Part shown: positions 39,401 through 53,830 of the stretch, piece by piece
Numbering within the stretch: position 1 is the stretch's first letter
Layout of the letters: every line of letters begins with the position of its first letter
NCBI GenBank assembly: GCA_964035545.1
Contig: OZ037766.1
Location: 27,139,673 to 27,203,672, forward strand
Source: Bugula neritina
Taxonomy: Eukaryota; Animalia; Bryozoa
Reading direction: 5' to 3'
Length of the DNA: 64,000 bases
The notes under the pieces: generated by a model
Seen by the model: the letters and a program-made list of their open reading frames with translations, nothing else
Database searches by the model: none
What the model was told of the DNA's origin: nothing
Program-made: the position numbers and the translations under genes

Positions 39401-41820
39401 ATTTATATTATTATGTTATCATGTAGTCATACAAGAAGAATGCTAAACTAATTCCCTAAGTATATGTATTGTTAGCTTGTGATGATTGTTCTTTAAAAAT
39501 TACTAAAATGAATTACATATACAACAAACAAAAATATCCTAAAATCCGAGTTCAAATATTAAATCCATATCAAGTGCATGTTAGTCCTGCAGTTAGAATC
39601 TGCATGTTATGGCTGACACTTACATGAATGAAAAAGCAAATAATAAGAATAACCCATGCATATTTCTTGTCAGTATAATATTCAGCATAGCAACTGTCTC
39701 GTGGTTGGCTAACTTTCTCAAACTCAGTCTTTGGCCCTAAATCCTACAACAGTCAACACATGAAAATATGCCGATATTAAGGTAAAAAGGCTATCTTAAC
39801 AGAACACTTCTAAATTTTTTTGCTGAATATAGAATTGATTTCATAATTCTCAACATAAATTTGCAACTGTTTTTAATTTTCATCCAATGCAATTAAAAAA
39901 AGTTTGCTAAGAATTAGTATGTAAATACTCCATTTTTTATCCATTAATGGTGTTTCAAATTTGTTCACCGAGCTGAAATGGCAACAGTACATCAGTTGCA
40001 TCACAAGAATTAGTAGGCAAAGTTAACATATATAAATCATTTCACAGGAAAAAGCTCACAATGTTTTATAGTCTTTAGATGCTATTTTTTCTCATCTGAA
40101 ATCAATAATTGTTAGAATTCTTCTCAGAACATGGGGAAAGATTGTATAGTTGCTAGTGTACTAACAATAGGGCACTTATATATCAAGTTTTCTGATTTTA
40201 CATCACTTTTTGAACTGGCAAAGTTAGTGATGGTTCAAGTGAAAATCTCAAATTTCTGTTTTTTTCCCAATGAATTTTTGATTGAAGCGTTAATAAATGT
40301 TTTTTTAAGTTCACAACTAGCTTCCTTTGATATTTTTTTTAAATATTTAAAAAAGATCAGTTTCAAATTTGCTTAAGAAGCCAGGCCAGGCAATTTTTTT
40401 CATTTTGATAATTTCAGGCATTTGAACTCATAGAAACTTTTTTAATTTTTGCAAAAAAAGGTATAACAAACAGTATTATGGCTAAAAATTGCAAAAACAC
40501 ACTAAAAAGTTAGAAAAACAGCTTTTTATTCAACAATGAAATGCAATACTAGTTGTATATTGTCCACACATGTGGATGTCCAATACTTCAATTGTTGTAT
40601 GGTGTCCACATATGTGGACAGTGATAAAAAGCATATTTCTGTAAGCATTGTAGAATTTTTCATTCAAAACTTCCAAGGATAAGTTCGTTCCGATTGTGGC
40701 AATGGCATAATAAAAATATGAAAGTTGAACTAAACTGGTTTAGGCTAAAAACATCAAAATAGTGTAATAGGCAAAAAAAGAAAAGCTTGCAAGTGAAACA
40801 GCAATTCGAAATCTTGATTTTAAGGCACAAGTTTCTTTGTCAATAGAGTAAATGCTAAGTAGTTTATTTAAAAAATGTGAAATATCAAAACTTTAACCTG
40901 TTTTAGTGCAAACAAGTAGTGTCCACATATGTAGACGCTGTGCATGAAAGGGATAACCTAAAGCACTGCACTATGTTCTTGCACAAGAATTATTTATTAT
41001 GCAACGTTTTACAAATTTGTTCTAAGCAAATAAATAAAAGAAAGCTTAATGAAAGCATTGTGGGTATAGCTGAGCTGTAACATGAAATGAGCTTACTGAG
41101 TTGTCAAATTACCCAAATAAATTTCTATCAACTAATATTCTAATGACAGCAGCTAGCTCCTATACTCATGTAAAATTCTAAACACCCGTTATTTCTCATT
41201 CATACCTCTTTAACTTAAAAAGATAACTAATATTGTATAAACAAATTTTACCAAATAAGTATTATGACATGCAATATAAAGCAATATAATACAATGGAGT
41301 ACAATATAATACAATAGAATGGAATAATATAATACAATATAAAGCAATATAGTACAACAGAATGCCATATAAAAGTACCACAGTTACAATTTACTATTAA
41401 AATGTTTGAAAAGTTGCAAAGCTACATTCTTTTTTGTGTATAAAAAGACGCGTATATAAGTGTAGACATTTTCTTACTAATATATGTATGCAACTTTATA
41501 TTATATAGTTTGAATCTACAGACATTATGCTGGTCAGAATAATTCTTTATCATACAAAATCAAAATGTAAATCAAATTTAAAGTATATAATTATATAAAA
41601 AGTTTTTTGCTCTCCTTCTTAGAACATTATTCTCAATACCTCTTATACATGTAGTTTCCTGTAACTATATACAATGTATACTAGATACTCGTATTCTTAT
41701 CTTACTATTACTATTTTAATTACAACCTCTTAATATTATTATATTAACTTATAATATCAATATTTTTAGCTATAACACAAGTCATTTTGTACAGTACTTA
41801 TTTACCTCTGAAATGCTCAT
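36404..41820 (-). CDS. Monocarboxylate transporter-like (SLC16/MFS) copy A, 7 exons, ~432 aa
   Basis: Exons 41806-41820, 39624-39743, 39206-39332, 38893-39036, 38489-38674, 37413-37976, 36404-36546 (1299 nt, phase-consistent). SLC16 motifs DKKYAWV, GPLAGLLADKVGYR, HYFKKWRAVA..SGIGVG, FGWRGA, IPDYA, NAIGR. Confidence 0.92.
37110..37375. repeat. Degenerate AT-rich minisatellite (TATAGAGTTATATAA and GTCATAATATAAA units) in an MCT intron
   Basis: Repeated TATAGAGTTATAT motifs; related degenerate units occur at 46550-46870 in copy B. Confidence 0.7.
39796..40952. mobile_element. ~1.1 kb insertion specific to MCT copy A intron 1, ending like a TTAA-targeting (piggyBac-like) non-autonomous element; left boundary uncertain
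   Basis: Absent from copy B, where the equivalent site reads ctTTAAgctaaacc. Right end GAAAGGG|ATAA. The palindromic motif TGTCCACATATGTGGACA occurs at 40603-40620, with variants at 40561 and 40920. Confidence 0.5.
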
Positions 41821-42693
41821 GTTAAAGCTTTGCTGAAGATATACAACCAGACAGACCTCTTGAAGTTATAATAACACTAAAGTACTAGTGTACCTGTTGA
41901 TTTAATGTTATAAACAGTAGTTTCTTTTGATCATTGTAATTATGAAGTCAAAACTATTCATTACCATGCAGGTGGTGGTCTTCAGTTGATAATTATTTCG
42001 TAGTGCAAATATTTTCTTCCAATTTATACTCTTAGGTCAGATGATGAACTGAAACCTGTTTTAATGGCACCACAGCTTACACACATTAAAACTTTTCTCT
42101 TGCCAAAATTAGCAGTAAAACTTGATTTATTGTTTTGCTAATATAGTTGCTTACTGTTTAAATTAATTTATTGCTTGCGTAATTTTTATCAAAATTTTAT
42201 GGCAAAACGTCAAATATGTGTGCTTCTGTCAGATTAGGGAATACACTAACACAGCATATTATATTTTTGCAGAGCAGATTATATGACACAGTGACTTGGT
42301 ATATTTACAGAGAATAATATGCTAATAATAATCATAATAGAACTAATAATTTAAATATGCGTAGTTGAAAAGTTAAAAGTATAAAATTAATGAGAGGAAA
42401 TTCAAACTTCATCATCGCCATACTATGAAATGATTTACTAGGTAAACATAATTAGTTGCTAATACAATCTACCTAAAAAACATTTATTTTGTTGATGAAA
42501 ATAGAAGTGTAAAAAGAGTTTCATCTCCATGGAGCCTGCAAAAACTATGAAAATATTTGCTAATAAAATAGGAGTAGAATTCTTATGAAATCTGCAAAAA
42601 ATGACTATGTGAAAGTAGTGATAAATATTACAATAATAATATAATTCTTAAAAATTTTTTAAAAAACTAAGCTATAAGATGCATGATTATAGA

Positions 42694-42758
42694 TGTGTGT
42701 GTGCGTGTGTGTGTGCGTGTGTGCGTGTGTGCGTGTGTGCGTGTGTGGTGTGTGTGTG
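42694..42758. repeat. Imperfect (GT)n microsatellite
   Basis: GTGTGTGCGTGT run. Confidence 0.9.
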
Positions 42759-43158
42759 TTCTTTTAATGTTTAACTCTTACTTTTGTATTTCACAAGTTA
42801 TGTCTTTGGGATATTCCACTAAAATATGGCTCGTCAATGCTGAGGTTTGCCTTTGGGACTGTCAGTAAGATGGCTGCTGTGACAGGTTGATGCAACTATA
42901 AATTATTAAATCTGCTTCATCACAGTATGCAGACTGCAGTCTATCTACAACATTCAAGAAATAGTATGAAATGCATTTATGAAAGCAATATATCTATTAC
43001 TTGAGTAGAGTTAAAGTTGAAATATGCAAATTTTGAAGGAGTTGAGTAGTATAATGTTACACAACGACCTGATGATTGTAGCTTGCACTACGTGAAACAA
43101 TATTGTAGTCGAAAAATGAATATATAAGTTTATTTTATATCCAAAATTGTATCAGTAC

Positions 43159-43266
<108 letters not shown>

Positions 43267-43851
43267 ACATGCAATCGTGCAGCCCAGATATAGCCCGTTA
43301 CAAAGGTCAACACATTAGCAATGGCTCATGAATTTTATCAAACTACAATTCAAAATTTATACTTTAGATTATGAATTGCAGTACGATTAATGCTAATTAT
43401 ATAACCTACAAAATACAAAGATGAGCCAACATCAACTGATCCTTCTGGTGTCAACTTCTATTTTAGGCAGTAAGCTGACAACTCACCTAACCAGTTCTTG
43501 CCAGTTTTTGCCGCCAGTTTTCGCCAGTTATTGCTGGTATCCTCAAATTTTGAGCCACCGCCAAGAAGATCCAGCGTAAAAAGGAATGCAAATTGCTGAA
43601 AAGTAAGACAGAAGAAAGATTATAGAAAAGAGTAACGGAAGGAGATATAGCAGCAGCAGCAGAAGCCGCAATAATAGCATTAAAATTAGAAGAAGTATCA
43701 AGAAGAAAAACAGACTGGTTGATAATATACATATATCTGTTATAAGTATAGTAGGCCTACAGAACAGTTGCATTAACTAATTCTGCAGTTTTCATACTGA
43801 GGATACATTAACCTACTTTTACTGTTGTTTTATTTCATTTGCACTGAGAAG

Positions 43852-43950
43852 TTTATTGATTTTGAAGCTGCACAAATTTGTATTGAAGAAAACTATGTGA
43901 ATTGCAAAACTTATTGATTTTCAAGTTGCACAAATTTATATTGAAGAAAC
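43852..43950. repeat. ~57 bp-period tandem duplication near the duplication junction
   Basis: TTATTGATTTT(G/C)AAG(C/T)TGCACAAATTT(G/A)TATTGAAGAAA occurs twice. Confidence 0.8.
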
Positions 43951-44224
43951 CATTTTAAATACTGAAGTTTAAACTGCAATTTCCTTTGTGAATCTAATTT
44001 GGATAATTTGTCCACCTTGTTTGTCGGACTTGTTAGTTTTGTGAGTTTGCCAGTATAATATAGGCACAGCAAAATTGCAAAGGATTGTTGGAATAATTTT
44101 TGTTTTTAGTTTTTTTTTTGTAACATTTTATTGTTATTATAATTTTGCTTGCTTCTATATTATCATCAAATAGATATACATATACAAAAACAATGTTATA
44201 GTTTCTTTCTTTAGGAGAGCAAAG

Positions 44225-44365
44225 AGTGTGACCATCTTCATCTTGTTCTTTCAATGCTGTCACTCTCACATCCATTGCTTTGCTCAGGAGTATATCTCTA
44301 AATCTATTTTTTTCATTACAAATCACTAAACCTTTTAATACGTGATAATATGGTGCAGTAGGCAT
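44225..44365 (-). pseudogene. 5' fragment of the ankyrin gene (first 47 codons), truncated at the duplication breakpoint
   Basis: MPTAPYYHVLKGLVICNEKNRFRDILLSKAMDVRVTALKEQDEDGHT matches ORF 34114-34719, then similarity ends abruptly into AT-rich sequence. Confidence 0.88.
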
Positions 44366-45911
44366 TGAAGTCTTGACCCAGAACTAAAAGTATGTGCAAA
44401 TCTGTTGCAAAAACTGTTTTTAAATGTTTTGTAAAAATAGAACTGTACTATAGTTAAAGCTTAAAAATCTTTTTCAAACCTCAATAAAGCCTATAGGCTT
44501 GTTTACTTAAAGAAAAGCTTTATAAAGTGTCATAGTTCATATTTATATTCTAGACATTTTTTCCTTCATTTTAAAATGCATTTTTACATATTAACAGGTA
44601 TTAGGCATTGCCGTAGTTTATTGAATTGTGGGTTTTCCCTGAATATACACATCAATAAATGTTTAGTTGAGAATTTTTTTCTAGCTTTCAAAATACTAAA
44701 AAGAAGTGAAATATAATGTAACCAAAAAGTAAATATCAATGCTATTATTTAACTCGCTTCAAAATTTACTTAAATTATGTTCAATATATTTATTAGCCTG
44801 TGCTTCCTTGCATATATACAACTTGCTACTTATTTCTCTCATGCATATAGCAATACTTCATTGCATAATTAAGTTGCTAAAAACTTTGGTAAATTTTTAC
44901 ACTATTTAAATGAAATGAAATATTATTGCAGATAAAATAATGATGATAATTAAGCATTTATATCTTATAATATAAGATAAATTATGATTATATTTACTGT
45001 AATATATATAAAGTATTTCAACAATAATTGGTACTTTACTTTTACATCTTTTTCTTTTTGAAATTCATTGAAATTGCACTTTTTACAAAATAAAATATTA
45101 TTTGATCTAAAATATTTAGATATTTTTAGTTGGTCCTTGTTTAAGAATTCAATTTAAATACAAAGTATTAGAGATACTGCTAGTGCAAGCTGGTACTTTC
45201 CACTTTATATATCAGTAGTGGTAAACAAGATGTCTGAGGAAGGCTGAAACATCCATCATAACTACAGCAAGTAATTTGTCTTCTAAGGTAAAACAAATCT
45301 GCACTGAACAGCAACTAAAATTAAGAAGACAACTCCAGAATAATATATGTGTCATGCTGGCTCAAGATTCTGCTCTATTTGTAAATAATCCATTTTTGTT
45401 CTCCCTTTCTGACAGCTGCAGTATTTATTGTTTGATCAATTATCTTTTCTATCAAAATACTTTTCTTGTTATTTTTATGAATTATTATGTCTCAATGTTC
45501 AACAGAATTTGTGTCCAAGTATGGAGATGGGTTTTATACTCATTTTGATTTAAAACAAAATGTATTTCTAAATTTTTAAAGCTAAACACACTAAACAATT
45601 TTACTTTGTCAAATAAAATCTACTGAGCTGCATATATTTAGAACAACATAAAATGTTAAAGCAAAATTTTTTTCAGTATATTTAGTTTTATATAAATTTA
45701 AAAGAAAAATAGCATAGTCAATAAAACTTATCTTTTGCACTAAAAATATGCCTTTTATAACAGTCTAAAAACAAAATGTATTTCAACAAATGCAAAAAAA
45801 ATTATCAAAATTTAAAAACCAGTTGTTATTTTTTGTAACCTGGAACTTGCTGATATATGCATATTCACATTGCAGCATAGAAAAGCTTCTCTCCTTGTTT
45901 TAATTAAAGAG

Positions 45912-48900
45912 CTACTCTGTTTCGTCACATACTTGAATAACTGGTGTTTTCAAGCAAATAGTTGGTAAAAGGATTAGCCCTGCCAACATTGTGGCACCTC
46001 CAGCTACGTAGTATGTTAATTCAAATCTATCACCACCAATGCTGAAGAAAAATGCTAAAACAAACAATAATTGTGTAACTTGCAATGAAAATAAGCAAAA
46101 GAATCACATGTAATTGTTATATTAATTCATTTCAAGTTACCAAGAAAGTATGGCATTCTCTTTAGATTTATAAATTATTCAAGTTTTTATAAAAAAACAA
46201 TTTAGTAAGTGTTGGGGACTTATCTAAATTTAATGCAGATTGGGTGATAGATGAATATTTTAATATAAAGTTTAAAACAATACTTTTATTCATTTTCAAT
46301 AAGTTTATTTGTAAAGCTAATAAATATATTTGCTTGTAGTAGAATTTTCTAACTGTTGAAAAGCATTGCAGAAGAGTATCACTATTAGATTATAAATAAG
46401 ATGATTAATTTTACATTTATTATATTCTATTTGCTACTCTTTGAACTGTTTTCCTGGTTTTCATAAATTAAAAATAAGTGTCATATAGTTAAAATGTTGT
46501 AATGTGAAGGTTAAATAATGCCGAGGTTATTTAAGCTTATAATGTACTGTAAGTCATAACAAAATAATAATATATAAAGGTTTTACTATAAAATCATAAC
46601 ATAATGGTCGTAATATACAGGTCATAATATAAAGTTTTGATATGATAGCCAAAGGTCAAAGGTCATACTATAAAATTGATAATGTGAAAACCAAAGAACA
46701 AAGGTCACGGCATAAAGATCATGATGTACTATAATATAAAGATTGCATAATTACAAAGGTCGTAATATAATACAGGCTGTTATTGAAGTTTCATAATATA
46801 GAGTCCATAATACATACTCACCATGCATATAGACCCATGACGTATAAAGGACAAATAATATATAACATATTATATAACACACAGTGCCTACCTGCGGCTG
46901 GGGATCCACATATCGTACCAACTCCAGCTGCAAGATTGGTGAGTCCAAAGGCTGTATTTAAAAAAGGTTGGGGACTCAGAATGCTCGTTACCGTGGCAAC
47001 GTTCGCCAGCTGAATGCCGTAAAACAAACCATAGGATGAGCAGGTGATTGCAAGAGCTAAGAAACTTTTGCTGGAACCTGACAAATCAATGTTCATCAGA
47101 CAAATGCAAATACCACTTAGAGTACAGGATATTATGTATACGTTGCTATGGTTACAACGACACAGGCTGAGTAGAATATTGAGCAATCTCCCAATTGCAT
47201 TGCAAAGGCCAAGGGTTGACAGGATGTACACAGCTTGCTGATAAGATAAACCTTTCTGTTCCGCGTAGTCTGGTATAAAGACAAACACAATAGCAGATCC
47301 AAATCCAAACAAGGAGTTGCTGACCCAAAACAGAAAAAATCTCCAAGAGCAAAGAGCTGTTAGCTGTTCTTTAATAGTAGTTGCCAGAGTTCGTTTCTGA
47401 TTAATGTGCTTCATTGTAATTAAGAGACCAGCCACAGAAATCTGAAGGATAACTCCTACATAATAGAATGGTTTAGAGTCAGTTATTGTCATGTACACTC
47501 CGTACAATAAGGTTTAGTATAGCTGTGACCAGGTTCAACTGTACATAACTCTATCTTAAGTACTTTAGTTTGGTTTAACTCTGCATTTTGACAACTTTCT
47601 AGAATCCACATGTAAATCTATTAAAATACTACATTGTTATATGTAATTAGTTGAATAGTAAATGTTTTGTTTTTAACTTAAATTTATTGGGATATTAAAG
47701 TTAGCTGGTAATAGTATTTCATGCTTTTTAATTATCTTTGCATATACATACTTGAATTGTGCTATATAAGCAGCTCCAAATCGAGGGTTATTGAGTGCAG
47801 TAGTTTAGGGCTTTCTAGTTTAGAGTTAAGGTTTAGTGAAACCCCAACACCAAACTCAAGAGTATCGGACTACTGCACTCATTCACCCTCTCAACTCGAA
47901 GCTGCCTACAGAAAAAATCTACATAATTTAAGCTTAAAGTACCTGAAGTTGCTTTCACACTTTATGCTTACCGGCTGTCATCAGATATGCCCCTCTCCAT
48001 CCAAACAGGCCTATTGCCCATTTTATATAGAGTGGCATTATTAGCGTCCCAACCCCAATGCCACTGAAACTGATAGTAAAGGCTACTGCTCTCCACTTTT
48101 TGAAATAATGTGACAGTAAAGTTATAGAAGGTATGAATACAAACGATATTCCAGTACCTAAAATATAGATGCTCATTCAACTACATGGTTAAAAGAGAAC
48201 TAATTAAATATTATATGAAAATAATGAAAACAAAATGACAGATTAAAAAATGGAGCCACGCAGAGGTAAAGTAACATGTAGGAAGCTAATACACAGAGCT
48301 CTATGGCCGTTTATGTTTGCTGTGTTTGTATATCGCCATAAAATCATGTTAGTAAGTATTGGTAACTGAAATACCTCCAACAACCCCAACAGTAATACAT
48401 AGCATCCACACTTCAGTAGCAAATGTACCCAAAGCCACGCCTCCAGAAGCTAGTATAGCTCCTCCTACTACTGTCACTCTATATCCAACCCTGTCAGCTA
48501 ACAGCCCAGCCAATGGGCCTAGAATATAATAAGTATATTTCTACACTTGGAAGTTACCTCCTACTAAGAAAACAGATATGGGCTGTTACTAAAATTGGTA
48601 ATGTCATTAGATAATAATAATTGCAACATGATAATATTTTACAAGCTAAGCACACAATGCTTGTTATTGTAGGCTGCAAAACTAACTGTTGCTGAAAGAA
48701 CAGTTTACCTGCGAGAAATATAAAGCCAATGTGAAGGGAGCCAATCAGTCCAACAGATTTCCGAACTCCGTTAAACTCATCTAGCAGCACCGGAGTGAAT
48801 GTACCAGCTGACATGGCAGTGCCCACACCAGCAGTCTGACAATGTTCAGAGATGAAGCAAAATTGTATAGACAAACAGGCATTAAAGGGAATATAGAAAG

Positions 48901-50365
48901 AAAATGGATATTATTATGTTATCACGTAGTCATACAAGAAAAATGTTAAACTGATTCATCTGTCGAAAGATGTTTTTAACTTAAGACCATTGTGATTTAA
49001 AAATCGATAAAATAAATAATAAATTATGTAACAAAAAAAATGTTTTAAAATCAAATTTCAAATAGTAAATAGATATTCACACCAACTGTTTGTTTTGATA
49101 AAAATCAGCTGTACGGTGGTTTATATATGCATGTTATATGACTATAACTACATTTCCAAGCTTTTTCATTCCATGTTTAGAAGCAGTTGCATCAAATGAA
49201 ACCACAACCGTAATTGTATGCAAACCGAAATCACAAATTCATCAGTAGGAGCATTTATTGGAATAATGTAGTAATATAATGGAAAAGTAGTGACTATAAC
49301 ACTTACATGAATAAAAAAGCAAATAATAAGAATAACCCAGGCATATTTCTTGTCAGCATAATATTCAGCATAGCAACTGTCTCTTGGTTGGCTAACTTTC
49401 TTGAGCTCAGTCTTTAGCCCCAAATCCTACAACAGTCAACACATGAGAATATGACAATATTGTAATGGCTGTGGGAGAACGTGTTACTTCCCAGCTATTA
49501 GGTATACAAACACTTGCATAGAAAGTGTTACTGTATTATAGTTAATAAGTATTATGACATTCTTTGTGTTACGCTCAGGCTAACATTGTGAAATGCCCCA
49601 CTTCTGCGGTGATGACGCAGGATTCCATACTATAAGCCGCTGCAGTCCTCACTACCGGAACCCACCGGCCAATCAAATGACACTTTTCCTTTATTATAAG
49701 CGCCATCATTATATATGTAGAGCCAAGCTAACTATCTTGTCATCTGTATGACTTGTATACTTTCTTTTGATTCAATGTACACTTCTTTTTGTAATTAGAA
49801 TTGTAAATATAATTGTTTATCTAAACGTAACAAATACTCTGTTTTTTCCGTAAACCTTGTAGACAGGTTTTGATCTAGCAGTCAAAGCACACAATAAAAC
49901 CACACCTGTATATATAATTAGTCCACAAAACTACAAGAATATTAAAGCAGACTGATTGTATTATTAACATTAATTGTTCTTTAAGCTAAACCACTGTTAT
50001 ATGTTTTTACATAAGAAAGATCTTTAATGAGAATTTTTAAAAATTTGGTTCAAGCAATTAAATTAAAAGAAAATTAAAAGAAAGCATTATGGGTAGCTGA
50101 GCTGTACCATGAAATGAGCTTACTGAGCTGTCAAAGTACCCAAATGAACGTATATATTAACTAATAACTATATTTTATGGGCAACTGTTCCTATACCCAT
50201 GCAAAATCATATATTATACACTTCTTATCTCTTTATTAACTTAAAAAAATAGCATTTTAATTACAACATCATAATACTATTATACTAATTTACAATTTCA
50301 ATATTGATTTTTAGCTATAATATAAATCATTTTGTACAGTACTTGTTTACCTGTGAAATACTCAT
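45912..50365 (-). CDS. Monocarboxylate transporter-like (SLC16/MFS) copy B, 7 exons, ~432 aa
   Basis: Exons 50351-50365, 49307-49426, 48709-48835, 48375-48518, 47972-48157, 46892-47455, 45912-46054; every exon length equals copy A and the frame is intact. Confidence 0.92.
49461..49937 (+). mobile_element. Probable solo LTR (~475 bp) in MCT copy B intron 1
   Basis: Absent from copy A; begins TGTA and has TACA at 49932-49935; flanked by a direct repeat AATAT; internal CCAAT, TATAA and AATAAA (~49893) in the expected order. Confidence 0.6.
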
Positions 50366-51658
50366 GTTGAAACTTTGCTGAAGATATACAACTCTTGAAG
50401 TTATAATAACATTGAAGTACGAGTGTACTGCATGGTTGCTTCAATATAAACAGTATTTTCTTTTAGTCATTGTAAACACGAAGTTTTAAGTACGTTTTAA
50501 GTTTGTGAATGCTAAATTATAGAACAAATATTTTGACTCAATATAGTCTTAGGCCAGATGATAAATTATAACTTGTTTTAACGGCACTACAGTTGTCACA
50601 CGTTGAACTTTTTTCTTGCCAAAATTAGCAGTAGAACTTGTTTTATTGTTTTGAGAACAGTTGTTTAATGTTAACTTTAATTTGAATTTATTTACGGAAT
50701 ATCTAGCACGATTCATCCTGCTGGCATGCTTGATTATGGAGCAATTTTTAAATGGATATAAATAGTCAATTGTTTTTCTTTAAGCTGAGCATTGTTAATC
50801 TATTTTTTATCAAAGTTTTATGGCAAATCTTCAAATATGTACATGCTTCTATATTTAAAAATGAAAACAAAAGTTAGAGCAGAAAAGAATAATAAGCTTT
50901 GATGGAGTTTGCACTTTAAAAAAACGTTCACCTTTCAGTGTGATCTGTTTGTCATAGCCGCAAAACCAGCGTAGGTATTTGCTTTATTTTACCTTTTATC
51001 AAATTAAAAATTAAAACCACAGATTATAAACTTGATAATTGTGTTGATTTTTTTAATAATGTAAGTCATTTGAATGTTCTTATGCTTTCTTAGCTACTCA
51101 CTGTACACTGAAGAATGTTCCACTATATAATATTAGGCAACTCAGTAGACCATGTTTTTTCAATAAACATGTTATTCAATAAATATGAATCCAAACTTGA
51201 AATGACGTCTTTTAATAGTTAATGAATATTATAATATAATATTATACTATATAACCAGTACTTATGCACTCAACTCCGCAAAGTGTTGTCATGTCTGTGA
51301 TATGCAATAAATCAATCAATCAATCAAAACACTTGTTTAATATTATGGTAATTTTGATACTTAGCAATAAATCAATTATAATACCATAATCGTATGATAT
51401 ATTTCATAATTTGTCCATTATGGTGTTGTGTCTATTAAGAAAGCTTCTAATTTTGTTTCCAACATTTTATAGTGCGTTAATAGTTTTTCAGCAATTTTCC
51501 GTACTTTCAGAAAATAAAATCATTCTCTTATAGCTATATATAGAGTTTCAGGTTAATACATCACTGAATGTTTAGCAATTTTTTAGACAAGAACTAGTAG
51601 CACATTTACAGCAAATAAAAAGTGACTTAGTTTTGCCAATTTCCATAAATTTTTCAAT

Positions 51659-53742
51659 TTAAATAGTTTCTTCTTGGCTGAGTTTATGATTATTCATGTC
51701 GACATACGGCTCCAAATAGTCGTCTGCTGCTGTATCTTCAATATAAGATAAAAAGTAGTTTGTAGGTACTCCTTCTGATATATTTGATGGTTTTGTAGGT
51801 GTTTCTTGGACTATCTTTGGTACTGGTGTAGAAACTTTCTGGGCTACATTTGGCAGCGTTCTGTCTGGTAAGACAGCATACTTATGTTCTGCCTGATCAA
51901 ACTTTACTTCTTGGTAACTTTGTTTTAACCTTTTACCTTTTCGTTTTCTGGTTTTGTCTGTATATAATTATAAAACTGATAAGTTTACATTTTTTCAAAT
52001 TGTAGGCAATTTAGTAGTTTTAAGTGACTTTATGCATGTTTACAAATTTATCGGAATTAAAATGCAATATTTGATCTAAAAATTTTCTTCACATTTAAAT
52101 ATTTGTTATGCATGAATTTACCGCTTGATATTAGAATTACTGAAATATAATAATCTATATTCATTTTACTGTATAAAAATAAATGAATAATTTATTCTTG
52201 TTGCAAAACTGTTTATAAATACATTATATGTGATTAAATGATACACATCAGTGTTATCTTCTGCAGTATTATGCAAGAACACTATACTGATCAGACTCGA
52301 GAACTTTTATCCAAGCGTGACGCAAGTCGATGGGGTAAGCAGAAATGCCAACAAATTCATTAAAATGCAAACTGGTAAAATAAAAAGTTACCTGCTTTTT
52401 TCCGACAGCAGCAAGGTATAGCAATGAATGCTACTGCTGCAATAACCACAATAAACAACACCAAAACCCTTCCACAAGAGAAAATTGATTTTGAAGGTGT
52501 CACCATCTTCTTTAACGTTTGGTTTGAATGAATAACATACCAAGTGACAATGGCACTTTTTCCTAAAAAAAAGTTACTGTGTGTTAGAATATAAATATTA
52601 TATAAAATTTTATAATCAAAATACAACCACTTTTTACTGTAAACAATTTTAAATAAAATATCAGCGTTATATAGTTTTTAAAACTTTTCTAACATTTAAT
52701 AATTTACTTGGTTTATATACAGGAAAAATTTCTTGATTGTTTTTATTTATCTGAATATGTATTATTTTCCATGCAACTATCATTGAAATCTTGCAAAGTA
52801 ACACAATATATTTTCACCAAAGATTCCATTATTTGCAGTGCACTGAATTTGCTCCTTTGTTTGATTGGGCAGCTGAGTTACAATGAACGAATCAGATGCA
52901 ACACTCTGAAGCAGGCCAAAGCGTTTCCAAGTGAAGTAAAGAGGCAAGGGTTGTCCACTCACACACTCAGAGCAGTTTAGCGAAAGTCTATCGTAGAAGC
53001 TGATTGGTGGGTGTGAAGTGTCTAAGCTTTCAATATCTAGATATGACGTGTTAAAAGAGCAATTAAAGTTTTAGTCTTGTGGCGTGCAAACAGATATTCT
53101 GAAAATAAAGCCACACTTATGCACAAAAGTAAAACAACTAAAAGGCCATTTTCAATAATTAATTACTTAAAATATTTATCATTGAGTGTGATTTTTGTCA
53201 CAGGTCTTTTTATAGGTCATATTGGAGTGCGTGAATGTGTCATTATAATTAGTAAGCAATCAGCAACACTAAAAAGAATTACTATTGCTTTTTTGTAAAA
53301 CGAAAAAATACAACTTTAAAAAATTTATGGCTTGATTTGCATAGTGGTGTATTAATACTGTAAGAGTGGGTAAGTATGTTTGTAAGATGCAACACCACTT
53401 AGAAAGAGTGTACGCTTATTTTCAATTTGTTTCCTCACGAGGTTGCTAGTTAATTCACGCACACAAACAAGACAAATATGAGATAGACATTTTACATACA
53501 CTTTGGTATTACTGTAATAGACTTATAAATGTCCTCATTGTCCCAGTTGCTATGAACATTATCCTGACAAGAAACAGTGACTCCATCTCTGTCCACTTTA
53601 GTGGCCGTATATTTTGGTAACAAAACCACTTCTCCGTTTACCTCTAAAATAAAATTGAGAATGTTTTCAAATGCTAACTCTACTTATTTTGTTTATTCTC
53701 TTATAAATTCTTCTGTTTGCCAGCCATTTTGATTGAGCTTAA

Positions 53743-53830
<88 letters not shown>

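Larger units (their letters stand above)
34579..42230. repeat. Segmental tandem duplication, copy A (ankyrin 5' part, intergenic DNA, MCT gene and upstream region)
   Basis: Colinear with 44225-50850 through exons, introns and intergenic DNA, e.g. 35580-35950 with 45180-45550 and 41760-42230 with 50300-50850. Confidence 0.92.
44225..50850. repeat. Segmental tandem duplication, copy B
   Basis: Colinear with 34579-42230; differs by substitutions and copy-specific insertions. Confidence 0.92.
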
